64,000 bases of DNA from a virus (lineage: Duplodnaviria; Caudoviricetes): positions 1-64,000 of IMG/VR virus record IMGVR_UViG_3300017912_003441. One strand, given 5' to 3'. The translations under genes and the position numbers were made by a program. The notes below the pieces were generated by a model, which was given only the letters and a program-made list of their open reading frames with translations, did no database searches and had not been told where the DNA came from. Shown here piece by piece: positions 19,824 to 29,914 of the stretch. Each line of letters opens with the position of its first letter. Positions within the stretch are counted from its first letter, which is position 1.

Positions 19824-21530
19824 ATGCCACGCCAAAAAAAAGAGGATAAGTACTATTTAGGTAATAAAGATTTACCTAACGCTAATATGGAGTTTGAATG
19901 GACTCCTGAGATGGTAAAGACTCTCAAAAAGGCTAGACAAAATATTCTTTACTTTGCAGAGAACTTCTTTTATATAGTTAACCTAGATCGTGGTAAAATA
20001 AAAATAGAACTATATCCTTGTCAAAAACGAGTTTTACGTAGTTTGAGAGATAATAGATTTGTAGCTTGTCTTGCTTCTAGACAGACTGGTAAAACTACAA
20101 TGATGACAATTTACGCACTATGGATAGCGTGCTGTCAAGATGATCAACGTATATTAATTGTAGCTAACAAAGAACAAACCGCTATTAATATATTCTCTCG
20201 TGTACGTACAGCCTATGAAAAATTACCAAACTATCTCAAACCTGGCGTTCTAGAATATGGTAAGACTTCTATGAAATTAGCAAATGGTAGTAGTATAGGT
20301 ATTAGTACTACGAGTTCGGATGCTGGTCGTGGTGATTCTTGTAACGTATTAATTCTAGACGAGCTTGCATTCATCCCTAATAACTTGGTCGATAGTTTTT
20401 GGAAATCAGTTTACCCTATTATTTCTAGTTCTAAAAAATCTAAAATATTCGTCGCATCTACCCCTAATGGCAGTAATAACCTTTTTTATAATTTGTATAC
20501 AGATGCAGATAATGGTAAGAGTAACTGGAAAGCAGAAAAGATTTTATGGGATGAAATTCCAGGAAGAGACGAAGCATGGAAGAAAGATACCATTCGATCA
20601 ATAGGTAGTGAAGAAGCCTTTGCGCAAGAGTTTGAATGTAAGTTCCTTGATACCGGTGACTCTTTTATTGATGAAGCATTCTACGCTAAGCTCGATAGTG
20701 AGACAAGGGATCCTAAACATTTATTTGAAGACGGTTGTTATAGTATCTGGGATGAACCTAATAATGGTCATTTATATACAATAGGAGTAGATGTTGCAGA
20801 AGGTGTTCAGCAAAACTATAGCGCCATACAAGTATTAGATATCACTGATCTACAAAATATAGTTCAAGTTGCGGAATACGCTAGCAATGAGATTAACCCG
20901 TTCGAATTTACTACTAAGGTACGAGATATTTGTTACCACTGGGGAACACCTCCCGTATTAATAGAAAGAAATAACTGTGGTAGTCAGGTAGTAGATAACC
21001 TATTCCATCAATACAATTATAGAAATATAGTTAATTATTCTCCTAAAGTCGGACAAGTAAAATATGATAGACTTGGAGTATATGCTCATACAAATACAAA
21101 ATATAAAGGTATTACTAATATGAGATACTGGGTTAACGAATTAAAGTGTGTTAAATTTAATTCGAAAAAAACCGTCGAAGAGCTTAAAAACTTTGTAAGA
21201 TATCCTAACGGTTCGTGGGCTGCGCAACCTGGTTATGAATTTGACGATAGAGTCATGGCTCTTACATGGGCATTATTAATATTAGACAATACTTTAGTAC
21301 AACGCTATTATAGTGTATTAGAAATTGATGGAAACCAAAGACCTGCTCGATTAGAACTAGGGGCATATGTAGATCAAAAGTTTAGTAATTTTCTCCAAGA
21401 TTATAGTTTACAAAATATAGATGACGGTTGGAACCCTCACCCAGTTCACTTTGAAGACATAAATATTTTTGGCAACGGCGACCCATCGGATATGGAGATG
21501 TTAGAAGCTGAAGGTTGGACACGCGTATGA
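19824..21530 (+). CDS. 17: Terminase large subunit (gp17)
   Basis: SRQTGKT, LILDELAF, STPNG, QEFEC.F, IGVDVAEG, DDRVMAL. Confidence 0.95.
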   Translation: MPRQKKEDKYYLGNKDLPNANMEFEWTPEMVKTLKKARQNILYFAENFFYIVNLDRGKIKIELYPCQKRVLRSLRDNRFVACLASRQTGKTTMMTIYALWIACCQDDQRILIVANKEQTAINIFSRVRTAYEKLPNYLKPGVLEYGKTSMKLANGSSIGISTTSSDAGRGDSCNVLILDELAFIPNNLVDSFWKSVYPIISSSKKSKIFVASTPNGSNNLFYNLYTDADNGKSNWKAEKILWDEIPGRDEAWKKDTIRSIGSEEAFAQEFECKFLDTGDSFIDEAFYAKLDSETRDPKHLFEDGCYSIWDEPNNGHLYTIGVDVAEGVQQNYSAIQVLDITDLQNIVQVAEYASNEINPFEFTTKVRDICYHWGTPPVLIERNNCGSQVVDNLFHQYNYRNIVNYSPKVGQVKYDRLGVYAHTNTKYKGITNMRYWVNELKCVKFNSKKTVEELKNFVRYPNGSWAAQPGYEFDDRVMALTWALLILDNTLVQRYYSVLEIDGNQRPARLELGAYVDQKFSNFLQDYSLQNIDDGWNPHPVHFEDINIFGNGDPSDMEMLEAEGWTRV

Positions 21531-22096
21531 ATCAATCACCACTGAATAAAAATAGACAAGATAAATTCATCTTAGTATTGAATTTACCAGAAGGTATTAA
21601 AAATATCACCGACAATATTACTCGCAATAATAATAGAGTAATGCCAAACAATTTTGAAATTAGTATCGCTGGCGCGGTAACTCCTGCAATAAGTGTACCC
21701 GAACAAACCGTGCCTTATGGTTCTCAAAGTATAAAAGTTAGTTCACATGCTAGACCAGCTTACTCCTCTCTTAATATTACTTTTAAAATAGACACAGAGT
21801 ATAACAATTACTGGGCTATATATAAATGGCTAGACGTTTTAAACGATGTCAAAAAAGGTACAGTTAATGAAGATGAAATTATAAAGTATCACCAACCTGG
21901 AAAAGTCATGCCAGTTTATTCTTCTAACTTAACTGTTTTTGGATTAGATGAATACGAGAACAGAAAGATACAATGGGATTATATCGGAGCGTTCCCTACA
22001 AGTTTATCTGAGATACAATGGAACTATAATAATACAGATGAAATTGGAGCTTCTGCTACTTTCGAATTTACTCGTATAGAAGCTAAGTTAATCTAA
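21527..22096 (+). CDS. 3: Tail completion / sheath stabiliser (gp3-like)
   Basis: Tail-tube-fold motifs L.ITFKID..Y.NYW.IYKW, AFPTSLS, ATFEF; ATGA overlap with gp17. Confidence 0.7.
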   Translation: MNQSPLNKNRQDKFILVLNLPEGIKNITDNITRNNNRVMPNNFEISIAGAVTPAISVPEQTVPYGSQSIKVSSHARPAYSSLNITFKIDTEYNNYWAIYKWLDVLNDVKKGTVNEDEIIKYHQPGKVMPVYSSNLTVFGLDEYENRKIQWDYIGAFPTSLSEIQWNYNNTDEIGASATFEFTRIEAKLI

Positions 22097-22966
22097 AAAG
22101 TAACTCATTACCATATTTGTCTGATAACTACAACTAGGCATACTATTCTTTATACTTCTAAATTCGTCGCGAGTTATAAATCCTTGCTTGTATGCTTCTC
22201 CTTCTATACAACCAATCATAGTCTGAGTTCTATCCTGTATTGACTTGACATACATAGAAGCTGCAAACAAATCGTCTGGATTTCCAGTATCAAACCAAGC
22301 GTAGTTACTATCTAACTCACTGTAGCACAACAAGTTATCGCTCAAATAACTTTTATTTAGATCGGTAATTTCTAATTCTCCTCTAGCAGATGGTGTAAGG
22401 TTTCTAGCTCTTTCTCCAGCAGTCTTATCATAAAAATAAATTCCAGTCGCTGCGATATTACTTTTTGGATCCATAGGTTTTTCTTCTATTGATCTGACTC
22501 CTCTACGACCGTTACTGTAATTTGTTTCTATTACACCATAGTCACAAGGATTAGATACTCTATAACCCACAACATGAGCTCCACATTCTTTTGACCACTT
22601 AAATGGCTCTATACCTGTAAAAATATTATCTCCTAAAATTAAACATACGTCATCTTCACCTTGCCATTCTTCGGCGATAATTAACGCTTCAGCAATACCT
22701 CTCGGCGCTGTTTGAATTTTGAAAGTAAAATTAATTCCAAGATATGGATTACTTTTTCCGTCTTCTTGCTTAAACAAAGAAAGTAAATGAGGAAAAGCTG
22801 CTCCGTTCGTGATAATCATTACATCTTTTATACCTAACTTGATTAAAGTAGAAAGAGGATAGTAAATTGTAGGCTTGTCGTATACTGGTAAGAGTTGTTT
22901 AGAAACTACTTTTGTTGATGGCCAAACTCTAGATCCAGTACCACCGGCGAGAATGATACCTTTCAT
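22088..22966 (-). CDS. rmlA: Glucose-1-phosphate thymidylyltransferase
   Basis: MKGIILAGGTGSR, SKQLLPVYDKP, LILGDNIF, EEKP, PSARGELEITD, AWFDTG. Confidence 0.96.
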   Translation of the reverse strand: MKGIILAGGTGSRVWPSTKVVSKQLLPVYDKPTIYYPLSTLIKLGIKDVMIITNGAAFPHLLSLFKQEDGKSNPYLGINFTFKIQTAPRGIAEALIIAEEWQGEDDVCLILGDNIFTGIEPFKWSKECGAHVVGYRVSNPCDYGVIETNYSNGRRGVRSIEEKPMDPKSNIAATGIYFYDKTAGERARNLTPSARGELEITDLNKSYLSDNLLCYSELDSNYAWFDTGNPDDLFAASMYVKSIQDRTQTMIGCIEGEAYKQGFITRDEFRSIKNSMPSCSYQTNMVMSYFLD

Positions 22967-23047
22967 ATATTTATATTATAGTGTCTATTTCCCCAAATCA
23001 ACTACTTTTTTAGGCTGAGAAATAATAAATAATTGTAAAGGTTTACT

Positions 23048-25573
23048 ATGAGTAGAAGAACTATACAATCACCTGGAGTTGAAATCCGAGAAATAGACTT
23101 AACACAACGGCCCGCTGCACCCGTTGGAACAAGTGTTTTTATTGCAGGTTTTGCCAATCAAGGCCCTGTAGATGAAATTTTTAATGTAGGAACGTTTGCC
23201 GAGTTTGAAGAAATTTACGGCAAGCCGACGAACGCAGCTGAAAGATATTTTTATCACTCAACTAAGCAAGTCTTTGATAGTGATGCAAATGTACTCGTCT
23301 CTAGATTACCTTACGGGGAAGGGAGCGGGCTCACAACTGAAAAATATAGCGCGCTTGTTTATCCAGTTTCTACGGCAAATGTGGTTACCTTATCCGGTAC
23401 TGTTACGAATAACGGTGGATTATCAGCTACTTTCTCCCAGGATGGTACTTATCCAGCTGCCAGTTCCCACGCTAGCCTAGCGATGGTTGAAATTGTTTCT
23501 CAAGACTCAGATGGTAATATAGTTTATACTTCTGCAAGCGCTACGGTGTCTTCAACCGCGACTACTTTGACACTTAGTGGGTCTGATTATGCAAATCTCT
23601 CTGGTAATACAGTATTAGCAGGAGTCGCTCTATCTGCTCAGATAGCTGGTACTACTAGTTTAAGCGCTGCAAATTATTACGTTCTCGGTAATCCTACACA
23701 CATAGAATTAACTAGAGAGCAATATTTATCTGCTTCTAACGAACAATACACATGGAACGACACTCCTGGCCAAACCGTTAGTGTAGATGACCTAGGTAAT
23801 GCAGGTTTAATTATTCTTAATAAAGCTAAAGTTGGTACTAATAATGAGTTCGAAGGGTATTATGTTGGCGTGACAGACAATAGCACTGTTAACCCGGGAT
23901 CAAATCATGATTTAATTAGAAGTGTTAAAGCAGTAACTTCTAGCGCAACCTCAACAGCTCCTTCGAGCTTTTCTACTGTACCTACATCAAGGTATGACTT
24001 CTCATTAAGTTCTACTCCTACCTCAGAGAAATCGAGCGTAAGTAAAACATTACAAACCTTTAGTAAGTTTGATATTGACGGTGGTCAGTTTATTGATACA
24101 ATTTCAATTGGTGTGTTTAAAGTTCGTAACACCCCATTTGCAAATACAGACTTAGAACTTACAAACTTCTTAGCCGAAGGGTATACAGGTTCTCTTAACT
24201 CCTTCCGTAAGATTCAGAACGAAAACGGAGGTCAGAGAAAATCATTCTTTATTGGGGATCAAGATGATAGTTCACCTAACGTAGTCATTAAGGTTAATCC
24301 TAATATTTCTACTAACGCAGGAGATTGGAACTCTACTGCTGGGGATGCTCCAACTAAATTTGTACGTGTTGCAAACTCTCAAGTAGGAGTAAACAATGCA
24401 GCAGTGACCCACGGATTATTATTGTCCGACAATGGTGCAGATGGATTTAGTGAAGACCCAGCTCTTGTGAGCTTAGGTACATATACAGATGTAAATAACA
24501 ATACTTCAAAAAATATTGGTAGTGTTCCTGATAAGTTAGATCGTATATTTAACGTTGCTTCTAACGTAGATTTACTTCCAATTGATGTAAGTATCGAAGC
24601 TGGTTTAGGTACAATTTTCGGAGTTAGTAAAACTCAGACTAATAGTGCTTATGACGACACTGAATATGTAACTCTCAGTGATACTGGATTCTATGCTACT
24701 AGCGATAATATGACAGCTTCAAATGAGATTGCTCTGAGAGACAATTACAGAACAATCTTTAATAGATTTGAAGCATTTGCGCGCAATACAAGAAAAGATC
24801 ATATCTTTATTGCTGATGTATTGAAACCATTAGTTGTACAAGGATCAAGAGGTAAAGTATTAGATGATAAATCTAAAAACTTTAGCAAGCATGTTTACTG
24901 GCCGTTACGTCATCAGTTCGGATTCGCAAACAGTAACTTTGCTACTGTTTATGGTAACTGGGCTAAGGTTTATGATGGTACAAGTGACAATCAGATATGG
25001 ATTCCGTTCTCTGGTGTTGCTGCTAAGATTTATGCTCAAAACGATGCTAACTTTGCACCATGGTTTGCACCAGCTGGTTTCAACAGAGGAGTTGTTACAG
25101 GTGTAAATGACATCGCAGTAAGCCCAACTCAACGTCAAAGAGATCAATTATATAGAATTGCAGTTAACCCAGTTACTCAATTCCCTGCAGAAGGTATTGT
25201 TGTATTTGGTCAGAAGACATTACAACGTAAGCCAACTGCCTTTGATAGAGTTAATGTACGTCGCTTGTTCCTCGACCTTGAGAAGAGAACGAGAGAGACC
25301 CTTAAGTTCTTTGTTTTTGAGCCTAATACGTTCTTAACAAGGAACAGAGTTGTTAATACTTTAACACCAATATTTGAAAACGCAAAACAGACAGAAGGTG
25401 TATATGATTACCTTATTGTTTGTGATGATCGGAATAACCCTGGCAGTGTTATTGACCAGAACGAGTTACGAGTAGACATCTACTTGAAGCCAGTTCGCGC
25501 TGCAGAGTTTATATTAGTTAATTTCTACGCTGTTAACACAGATGTTAATTTTGAAGAAATTGTAGGTCAATAA
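23048..25573 (+). CDS. 18: Contractile tail sheath protein (gp18)
   Basis: SPGVEIREIDLT, PWFAPAGFNRG, FGQKTL, AFDRVNVRRLF, FEPN, IYLKPVRAAEFI. Confidence 0.96.
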   Translation: MSRRTIQSPGVEIREIDLTQRPAAPVGTSVFIAGFANQGPVDEIFNVGTFAEFEEIYGKPTNAAERYFYHSTKQVFDSDANVLVSRLPYGEGSGLTTEKYSALVYPVSTANVVTLSGTVTNNGGLSATFSQDGTYPAASSHASLAMVEIVSQDSDGNIVYTSASATVSSTATTLTLSGSDYANLSGNTVLAGVALSAQIAGTTSLSAANYYVLGNPTHIELTREQYLSASNEQYTWNDTPGQTVSVDDLGNAGLIILNKAKVGTNNEFEGYYVGVTDNSTVNPGSNHDLIRSVKAVTSSATSTAPSSFSTVPTSRYDFSLSSTPTSEKSSVSKTLQTFSKFDIDGGQFIDTISIGVFKVRNTPFANTDLELTNFLAEGYTGSLNSFRKIQNENGGQRKSFFIGDQDDSSPNVVIKVNPNISTNAGDWNSTAGDAPTKFVRVANSQVGVNNAAVTHGLLLSDNGADGFSEDPALVSLGTYTDVNNNTSKNIGSVPDKLDRIFNVASNVDLLPIDVSIEAGLGTIFGVSKTQTNSAYDDTEYVTLSDTGFYATSDNMTASNEIALRDNYRTIFNRFEAFARNTRKDHIFIADVLKPLVVQGSRGKVLDDKSKNFSKHVYWPLRHQFGFANSNFATVYGNWAKVYDGTSDNQIWIPFSGVAAKIYAQNDANFAPWFAPAGFNRGVVTGVNDIAVSPTQRQRDQLYRIAVNPVTQFPAEGIVVFGQKTLQRKPTAFDRVNVRRLFLDLEKRTRETLKFFVFEPNTFLTRNRVVNTLTPIFENAKQTEGVYDYLIVCDDRNNPGSVIDQNELRVDIYLKPVRAAEFILVNFYAVNTDVNFEEIVGQ

Positions 25574-25604
25574 TAATAAGTAAACCCTAAATAATTATAA
25601 CATC

Positions 25605-26195
25605 ATGGCTGATATTAAACAAACTATACAGGACTTTTATAAGGTAGCTCAAACAAGAGACTTTACACGTGACTTTCAGTTCCGTGTCTTAGATGTCTCC
25701 AACAAAGGTGTACCTGTGTTTACTGAGGATGACTTAGTATACGCAACAACCGCGGTACTGCCTGGTAAGCAGATCTCTCCCAAAGAGGTTCCTTACAACG
25801 GCTTTACCTTCCGAATCCCTGGTACAGTTTCTTATAATAACAGCGATGCGTTTGGTATTGACTTCTATTGCGATGCTACTTCTAATTCTAGAATCGCGAT
25901 TGAAAATTGGGTTACTGAAACATTCAATGATGAGACTTCTACAGGTGATGGTGTTATTCATAACAATAGCACCATCACTTTAGCTCAATTAGATACTAAG
26001 TTCGAAGTATTACGTACATATAAGCTATTTGGTGTATTTCCTGTACAAGCTGGTGATATCTCTTATTCAATGGTAGGTAGTGGAGAAGTACTATCCGTTA
26101 GTCTGACATTCGCTTACCAATTCTTTAGGAGAGACAATGAGCTCAACACAGCAGTCAATGCTATCGGTAAGTTAGCTGGTGCTGTTTTAGGTTAA
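25605..26195 (+). CDS. 19: Tail tube protein (gp19)
   Basis: Follows sheath; LPG, PG..Y, QLD...LRTYKLFGVFP, TFAYQ. Confidence 0.88.
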   Translation: MADIKQTIQDFYKVAQTRDFTRDFQFRVLDVSNKGVPVFTEDDLVYATTAVLPGKQISPKEVPYNGFTFRIPGTVSYNNSDAFGIDFYCDATSNSRIAIENWVTETFNDETSTGDGVIHNNSTITLAQLDTKFEVLRTYKLFGVFPVQAGDISYSMVGSGEVLSVSLTFAYQFFRRDNELNTAVNAIGKLAGAVLG

Positions 26196-26213
26196 TAGAC
26201 CTAAATAATTTAA

Positions 26214-26939
26214 ATGAGCGTACAGCTGCCATCTCTAGATAAACGTAATTTGAGGGAGTCCTTTTTCGATCTGTTAAAGGACTTCCCTACTTTTCCAGCG
26301 TCGCAAAATCTATTTCTAGTTAAAATAGATTCTATACCGGCAGCACTTACAGATGAGAATCAAAAAAACTTAGGCATTACTCCTGGTACTAAACCATTAG
26401 GTATAAATCGATCTAAATCAGTATATGAAAAGTATATATCTGGTAGTGAGTATATGTATCTTGCTACCGGGGTTGATTTAACTACTGATAAAGTCAACGT
26501 TTCTAGTAAGGGTAAATTAATTAACGGTTTGCTTCCTGTTGGTCCGTTTGTTGATGAAAGAGAATATCCTGATACAGATTTAGAGATACAATTCTCGGAA
26601 AGTAATATAAGTTTTGTTGATACAATTATTAGACCATGGGTTCAAATGTATAGCGTTCATGGTAACTTTGATGATATTGACTTAACTACTACAATTACAG
26701 TTTATTTTATAGCCAAAGAACAACTTACAACTCGTAAGACGTTTAGTTCAGTTCTCTTTGGTTCTTCGGGCGGATCTCCTGTCATCCGCAAATATTACGT
26801 ATACAAAGACTGTATACCATATAATATACTAACAGCAAATGTTGCAGAGTATGCAGGAGAAACTACAATAGGTGGAGCAGGTACACGTTGGAGATTTTCT
26901 ACATACGATGTAATTACTCCTATAGATGGTAAGCTATAA
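26214..26939 (+). CDS. Tail-tube-like baseplate protein (gp54-like)
   Basis: Position, F.E....D.IIRPW, Y..DCIP pattern; late promoter 6 nt upstream. Confidence 0.55.
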   Translation: MSVQLPSLDKRNLRESFFDLLKDFPTFPASQNLFLVKIDSIPAALTDENQKNLGITPGTKPLGINRSKSVYEKYISGSEYMYLATGVDLTTDKVNVSSKGKLINGLLPVGPFVDEREYPDTDLEIQFSESNISFVDTIIRPWVQMYSVHGNFDDIDLTTTITVYFIAKEQLTTRKTFSSVLFGSSGGSPVIRKYYVYKDCIPYNILTANVAEYAGETTIGGAGTRWRFSTYDVITPIDGKL

Positions 26940-27627
26940 TCAAATAGCAAAATTAACTTATTTATCAGAAAATAAAAGAAAAAAAGAATTTTTAGATTTA
27001 TTTCTGTCTTTATGTAAAACTAATAAGTTAATCGATATATTGCACTTTATTAAAACCGAGCGGTTTATAGAGGATAATAGTAATATTAAGTTACTATACC
27101 AAGAAAAAGAAATAGTTATTTTCCGCGAAGATTTTTTGCTAGATATACCCGAACCCTCACCTAGCGTACATAAAATTAATTCCTTCGAAATTCTCCTAGA
27201 CTATCCTAATATAATCGATTATACATGTAAACCCATGCATTGCATACAAAGTATTAGTTATAACGACGAAATACTTACCTTAAATAGCAATACAGACTAT
27301 AATCATATACCTAAAACATTATATGATAAGTTAAAACCAGCTATTAGTCAATACGAAGAAGATCTTAATAATATTTTTGTATACAAGATCGGGAATATTA
27401 CGAGTAGATTTTTTCTAGACATTGACTTAATAATTAAAATAATATACTTAGCTTTTGTTACTTCTTATAAGAATATAGTCGAAGAAAGATTATTTTTAAT
27501 GAAAGAGTATAACTTTACATATGACGCATTTGATAAGTTATCTTTTCATGAGGTAAGACAACATTTGACAGCAGCTATTAAAAACACAAATGAACGCAAT
27601 AATCCAGAAGCTCGGCGAGCTCACTAA
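26926..27627 (+). CDS. Baseplate hub assembly protein (gp26/gp51-like)
   Basis: C-terminal LMKEYNFTYDAFDKLSFHE resembles gp51; synteny. Confidence 0.4.
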   Translation: MVSYNQIAKLTYLSENKRKKEFLDLFLSLCKTNKLIDILHFIKTERFIEDNSNIKLLYQEKEIVIFREDFLLDIPEPSPSVHKINSFEILLDYPNIIDYTCKPMHCIQSISYNDEILTLNSNTDYNHIPKTLYDKLKPAISQYEEDLNNIFVYKIGNITSRFFLDIDLIIKIIYLAFVTSYKNIVEERLFLMKEYNFTYDAFDKLSFHEVRQHLTAAIKNTNERNNPEARRAH

Positions 27628-28231
27628 GCTCAATTATACGTTACCTATTAGTAAGCAAGAGGTAACTATTAATAAAATTAATCTCGAACTACAGTCTCAA
27701 TTTGAAGATTTTGCGCGTAATATAAAAAATGAACTTACATCAAGTACAAAATACTTACAATTCATTAACAATCATATTAAGAAAGAAGCAAAAAGTAATG
27801 TCAATTATTTAGATAAATTATATATTTTACAGCAGTGGTATAATGATGTAAAGGAAGAAACAGTTGAGTGCGAAATAACAGACATTACAATTCCAGACTA
27901 TACAATGTCTATTGATGATGTGGATTTAAAATTTGTCTTTGAATTACCAGAAATAGCTAAAGAATTGGCGCTATTAAAATATATTATTTCTACATATAAA
28001 GATGAGATGAAATCCGTAGATGCTTTGTTTTATTTTATTTTTAGATTTATACAGTCAATAAACATTGATGATGATACTTTAAATGTTGAAGATATTGAAA
28101 CAGCAGAAGTTTTATACAAACATTTAAGTATGAACAAAATTACCAACCTTACTAATCACATAGATAAAGCTTTAGACTCTATACAACCCTTAAGAAACTT
28201 CGAAATAGATCCCCGCGTTTTCTTTGCCTAA
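27590..28231 (+). CDS. Baseplate hub assembly protein (gp26-like)
   Basis: N-terminal YTLPISKQEV; synteny before tape measure. Confidence 0.4.
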   Translation: MNAIIQKLGELTKLNYTLPISKQEVTINKINLELQSQFEDFARNIKNELTSSTKYLQFINNHIKKEAKSNVNYLDKLYILQQWYNDVKEETVECEITDITIPDYTMSIDDVDLKFVFELPEIAKELALLKYIISTYKDEMKSVDALFYFIFRFIQSINIDDDTLNVEDIETAEVLYKHLSMNKITNLTNHIDKALDSIQPLRNFEIDPRVFFA

Positions 28232-28246
28232 TAATTAAATAATTAT

Positions 28247-29914
28247 ATGGCAGAATTGACTGCAAATGATATTGGTCGTTTATTAGCTCCAACTAATGAA
28301 GGTGTGAGGCTTCTTACCGTTGAGCAAGAACAAACAACAGCAGATATCAAAAGCATGCATGAAACCCTATCTAATATAGGGGTAACTATAAATAAAATTT
28401 TTACTGACCTAGGTCGGGTCTCTAGACAAATAGATAAACCGCCTGTAATAGAAAACAACGTACAAGCAGATGTCGAAGAGAAACAAACTGAAAAAAGAAT
28501 TAAACCTCTTGAAACTATATCAAAACACTTATTAGATATAAAAGAGTTTTTAAAAGATACCTTTACCCCGCAAGGCCCACCTACAAGCCTCACTCAATCA
28601 ACCGAAGATGATTCAACACCGTTAGAAAAACTTGAAGAAAAAAATAAAGATATAGAGAAACAAAATAGCGATGTTGTATCTGCCTCTCAATCTGCATTAG
28701 GTTGGTTAGGTTCTTTGTTTACTATAGGAGCTCTTCCAGCTATAGCTGGTGTATTAGGTTTAGGGGCTGCTGGTGGTGTAGGTGGTGGAGTATTGTCGAA
28801 GTTATTACCTAAAATTTTTAACTTTGCAAAACCCGTACTGCGTAGAATACCTATTATAGGTACTTTAATTTCTTGGCATGAAGCTTATAAAAAGTTTAAA
28901 GCAGGAGGTATAGATAATATTGTATTTGGTTTGATGGATGTTGCAGCTGGTTTTGCTTACGCTGTTCCAGGTCTCGGTACAGCAATTGGTTTAGGTATAG
29001 ATGTACTTCAATACTTTTTGAATAATAAAGCTGAAGAATGGAAAAAAGAGACTGGTGAGACTAGTTTTTTTGGCAGCATGTGGGATAGTATTATGGGCTA
29101 TTTGAAAGAAACTCCTATGTTTAAATGGTTTATAAATACAGGTCGTGTAATGAAAGAATTTTGGAACAACCCTACGTATGATACTTTTGTTGCTATGGGT
29201 AGTCAGTTTGGTTCCATCTTACAACCGTTGATAGAGACGTTTTCGATGTTTAATACTGACGCAGGTGCTGCTTTAGGTTTAACAGATTCAGAAGGCAATT
29301 CACAAGGATTATTTACATGGATTCATGATAAAGTAGATGAATGGATAATAACTCCTGTTATGGATTTTCTAGGTAGTATATTTGAGTCTATTGGAAATGG
29401 TATAATGTCCTTAGGAGCTAACGTTCACGGATTTTTAAAGCGTGTTGTTGATAATAATTTTGAAGACGGGATGGTGAAATCAGCGATCTATACTGTAATG
29501 GGATTTGGAGAATCTGATGGTTTTATGGAAGAGCAAGAAGCTGCTCAAGCTGAAAGAGCCCCTAAAGAAGCTAAACTTAGAAGCACAGACGCAAAACGAC
29601 TTCGAGAATGGAGCATTAGATATGGTGGTCGGTTCGCTGAACCAGAATTTTTAGATAGTATCGATAGTATGACAGATTCCCAAATTCAAAATATGCTTCA
29701 AAAGGTCAAACAAAAAACTGTACAAAAAGAAAAAAGAGAAAGAGAAAGAGAAAGAAAGGTTCCTGAGTTTGAAGAATTACCGAAACCGGATTTAGATGTT
29801 GAAATACAATCACCGCCTATGAGTAATAATGTACAGAACAACGTTAGTCAAACTCAAATCAACACATATGTAACCCCAGAAGCCCCATCAAGTAGACCAG
29901 TTTACGTAGCATGA
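28247..29914 (+). CDS. Probable tape measure / hub protein (gp29-like)
   Basis: 555 aa helical, Gly/Ala-rich hydrophobic centre (RRIPIIGTLI, PGLGTAIGLGID). Confidence 0.6.
   Translation: MAELTANDIGRLLAPTNEGVRLLTVEQEQTTADIKSMHETLSNIGVTINKIFTDLGRVSRQIDKPPVIENNVQADVEEKQTEKRIKPLETISKHLLDIKEFLKDTFTPQGPPTSLTQSTEDDSTPLEKLEEKNKDIEKQNSDVVSASQSALGWLGSLFTIGALPAIAGVLGLGAAGGVGGGVLSKLLPKIFNFAKPVLRRIPIIGTLISWHEAYKKFKAGGIDNIVFGLMDVAAGFAYAVPGLGTAIGLGIDVLQYFLNNKAEEWKKETGETSFFGSMWDSIMGYLKETPMFKWFINTGRVMKEFWNNPTYDTFVAMGSQFGSILQPLIETFSMFNTDAGAALGLTDSEGNSQGLFTWIHDKVDEWIITPVMDFLGSIFESIGNGIMSLGANVHGFLKRVVDNNFEDGMVKSAIYTVMGFGESDGFMEEQEAAQAERAPKEAKLRSTDAKRLREWSIRYGGRFAEPEFLDSIDSMTDSQIQNMLQKVKQKTVQKEKRERERERKVPEFEELPKPDLDVEIQSPPMSNNVQNNVSQTQINTYVTPEAPSSRPVYVA

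Noticed and set aside
125-21530. Inteins, introns or homing endonucleases in gp43, gp41, gp61 or gp17
   Set aside because: Proteins are of normal length with contiguous motifs; no splicing or endonuclease signatures.
29728-29758. (AGAGAA)n tract in the tape-measure-like gene as a phase-variation site
   Set aside because: Unit is 6 nt, stays in frame and just encodes a charged EKRERERERK helix.
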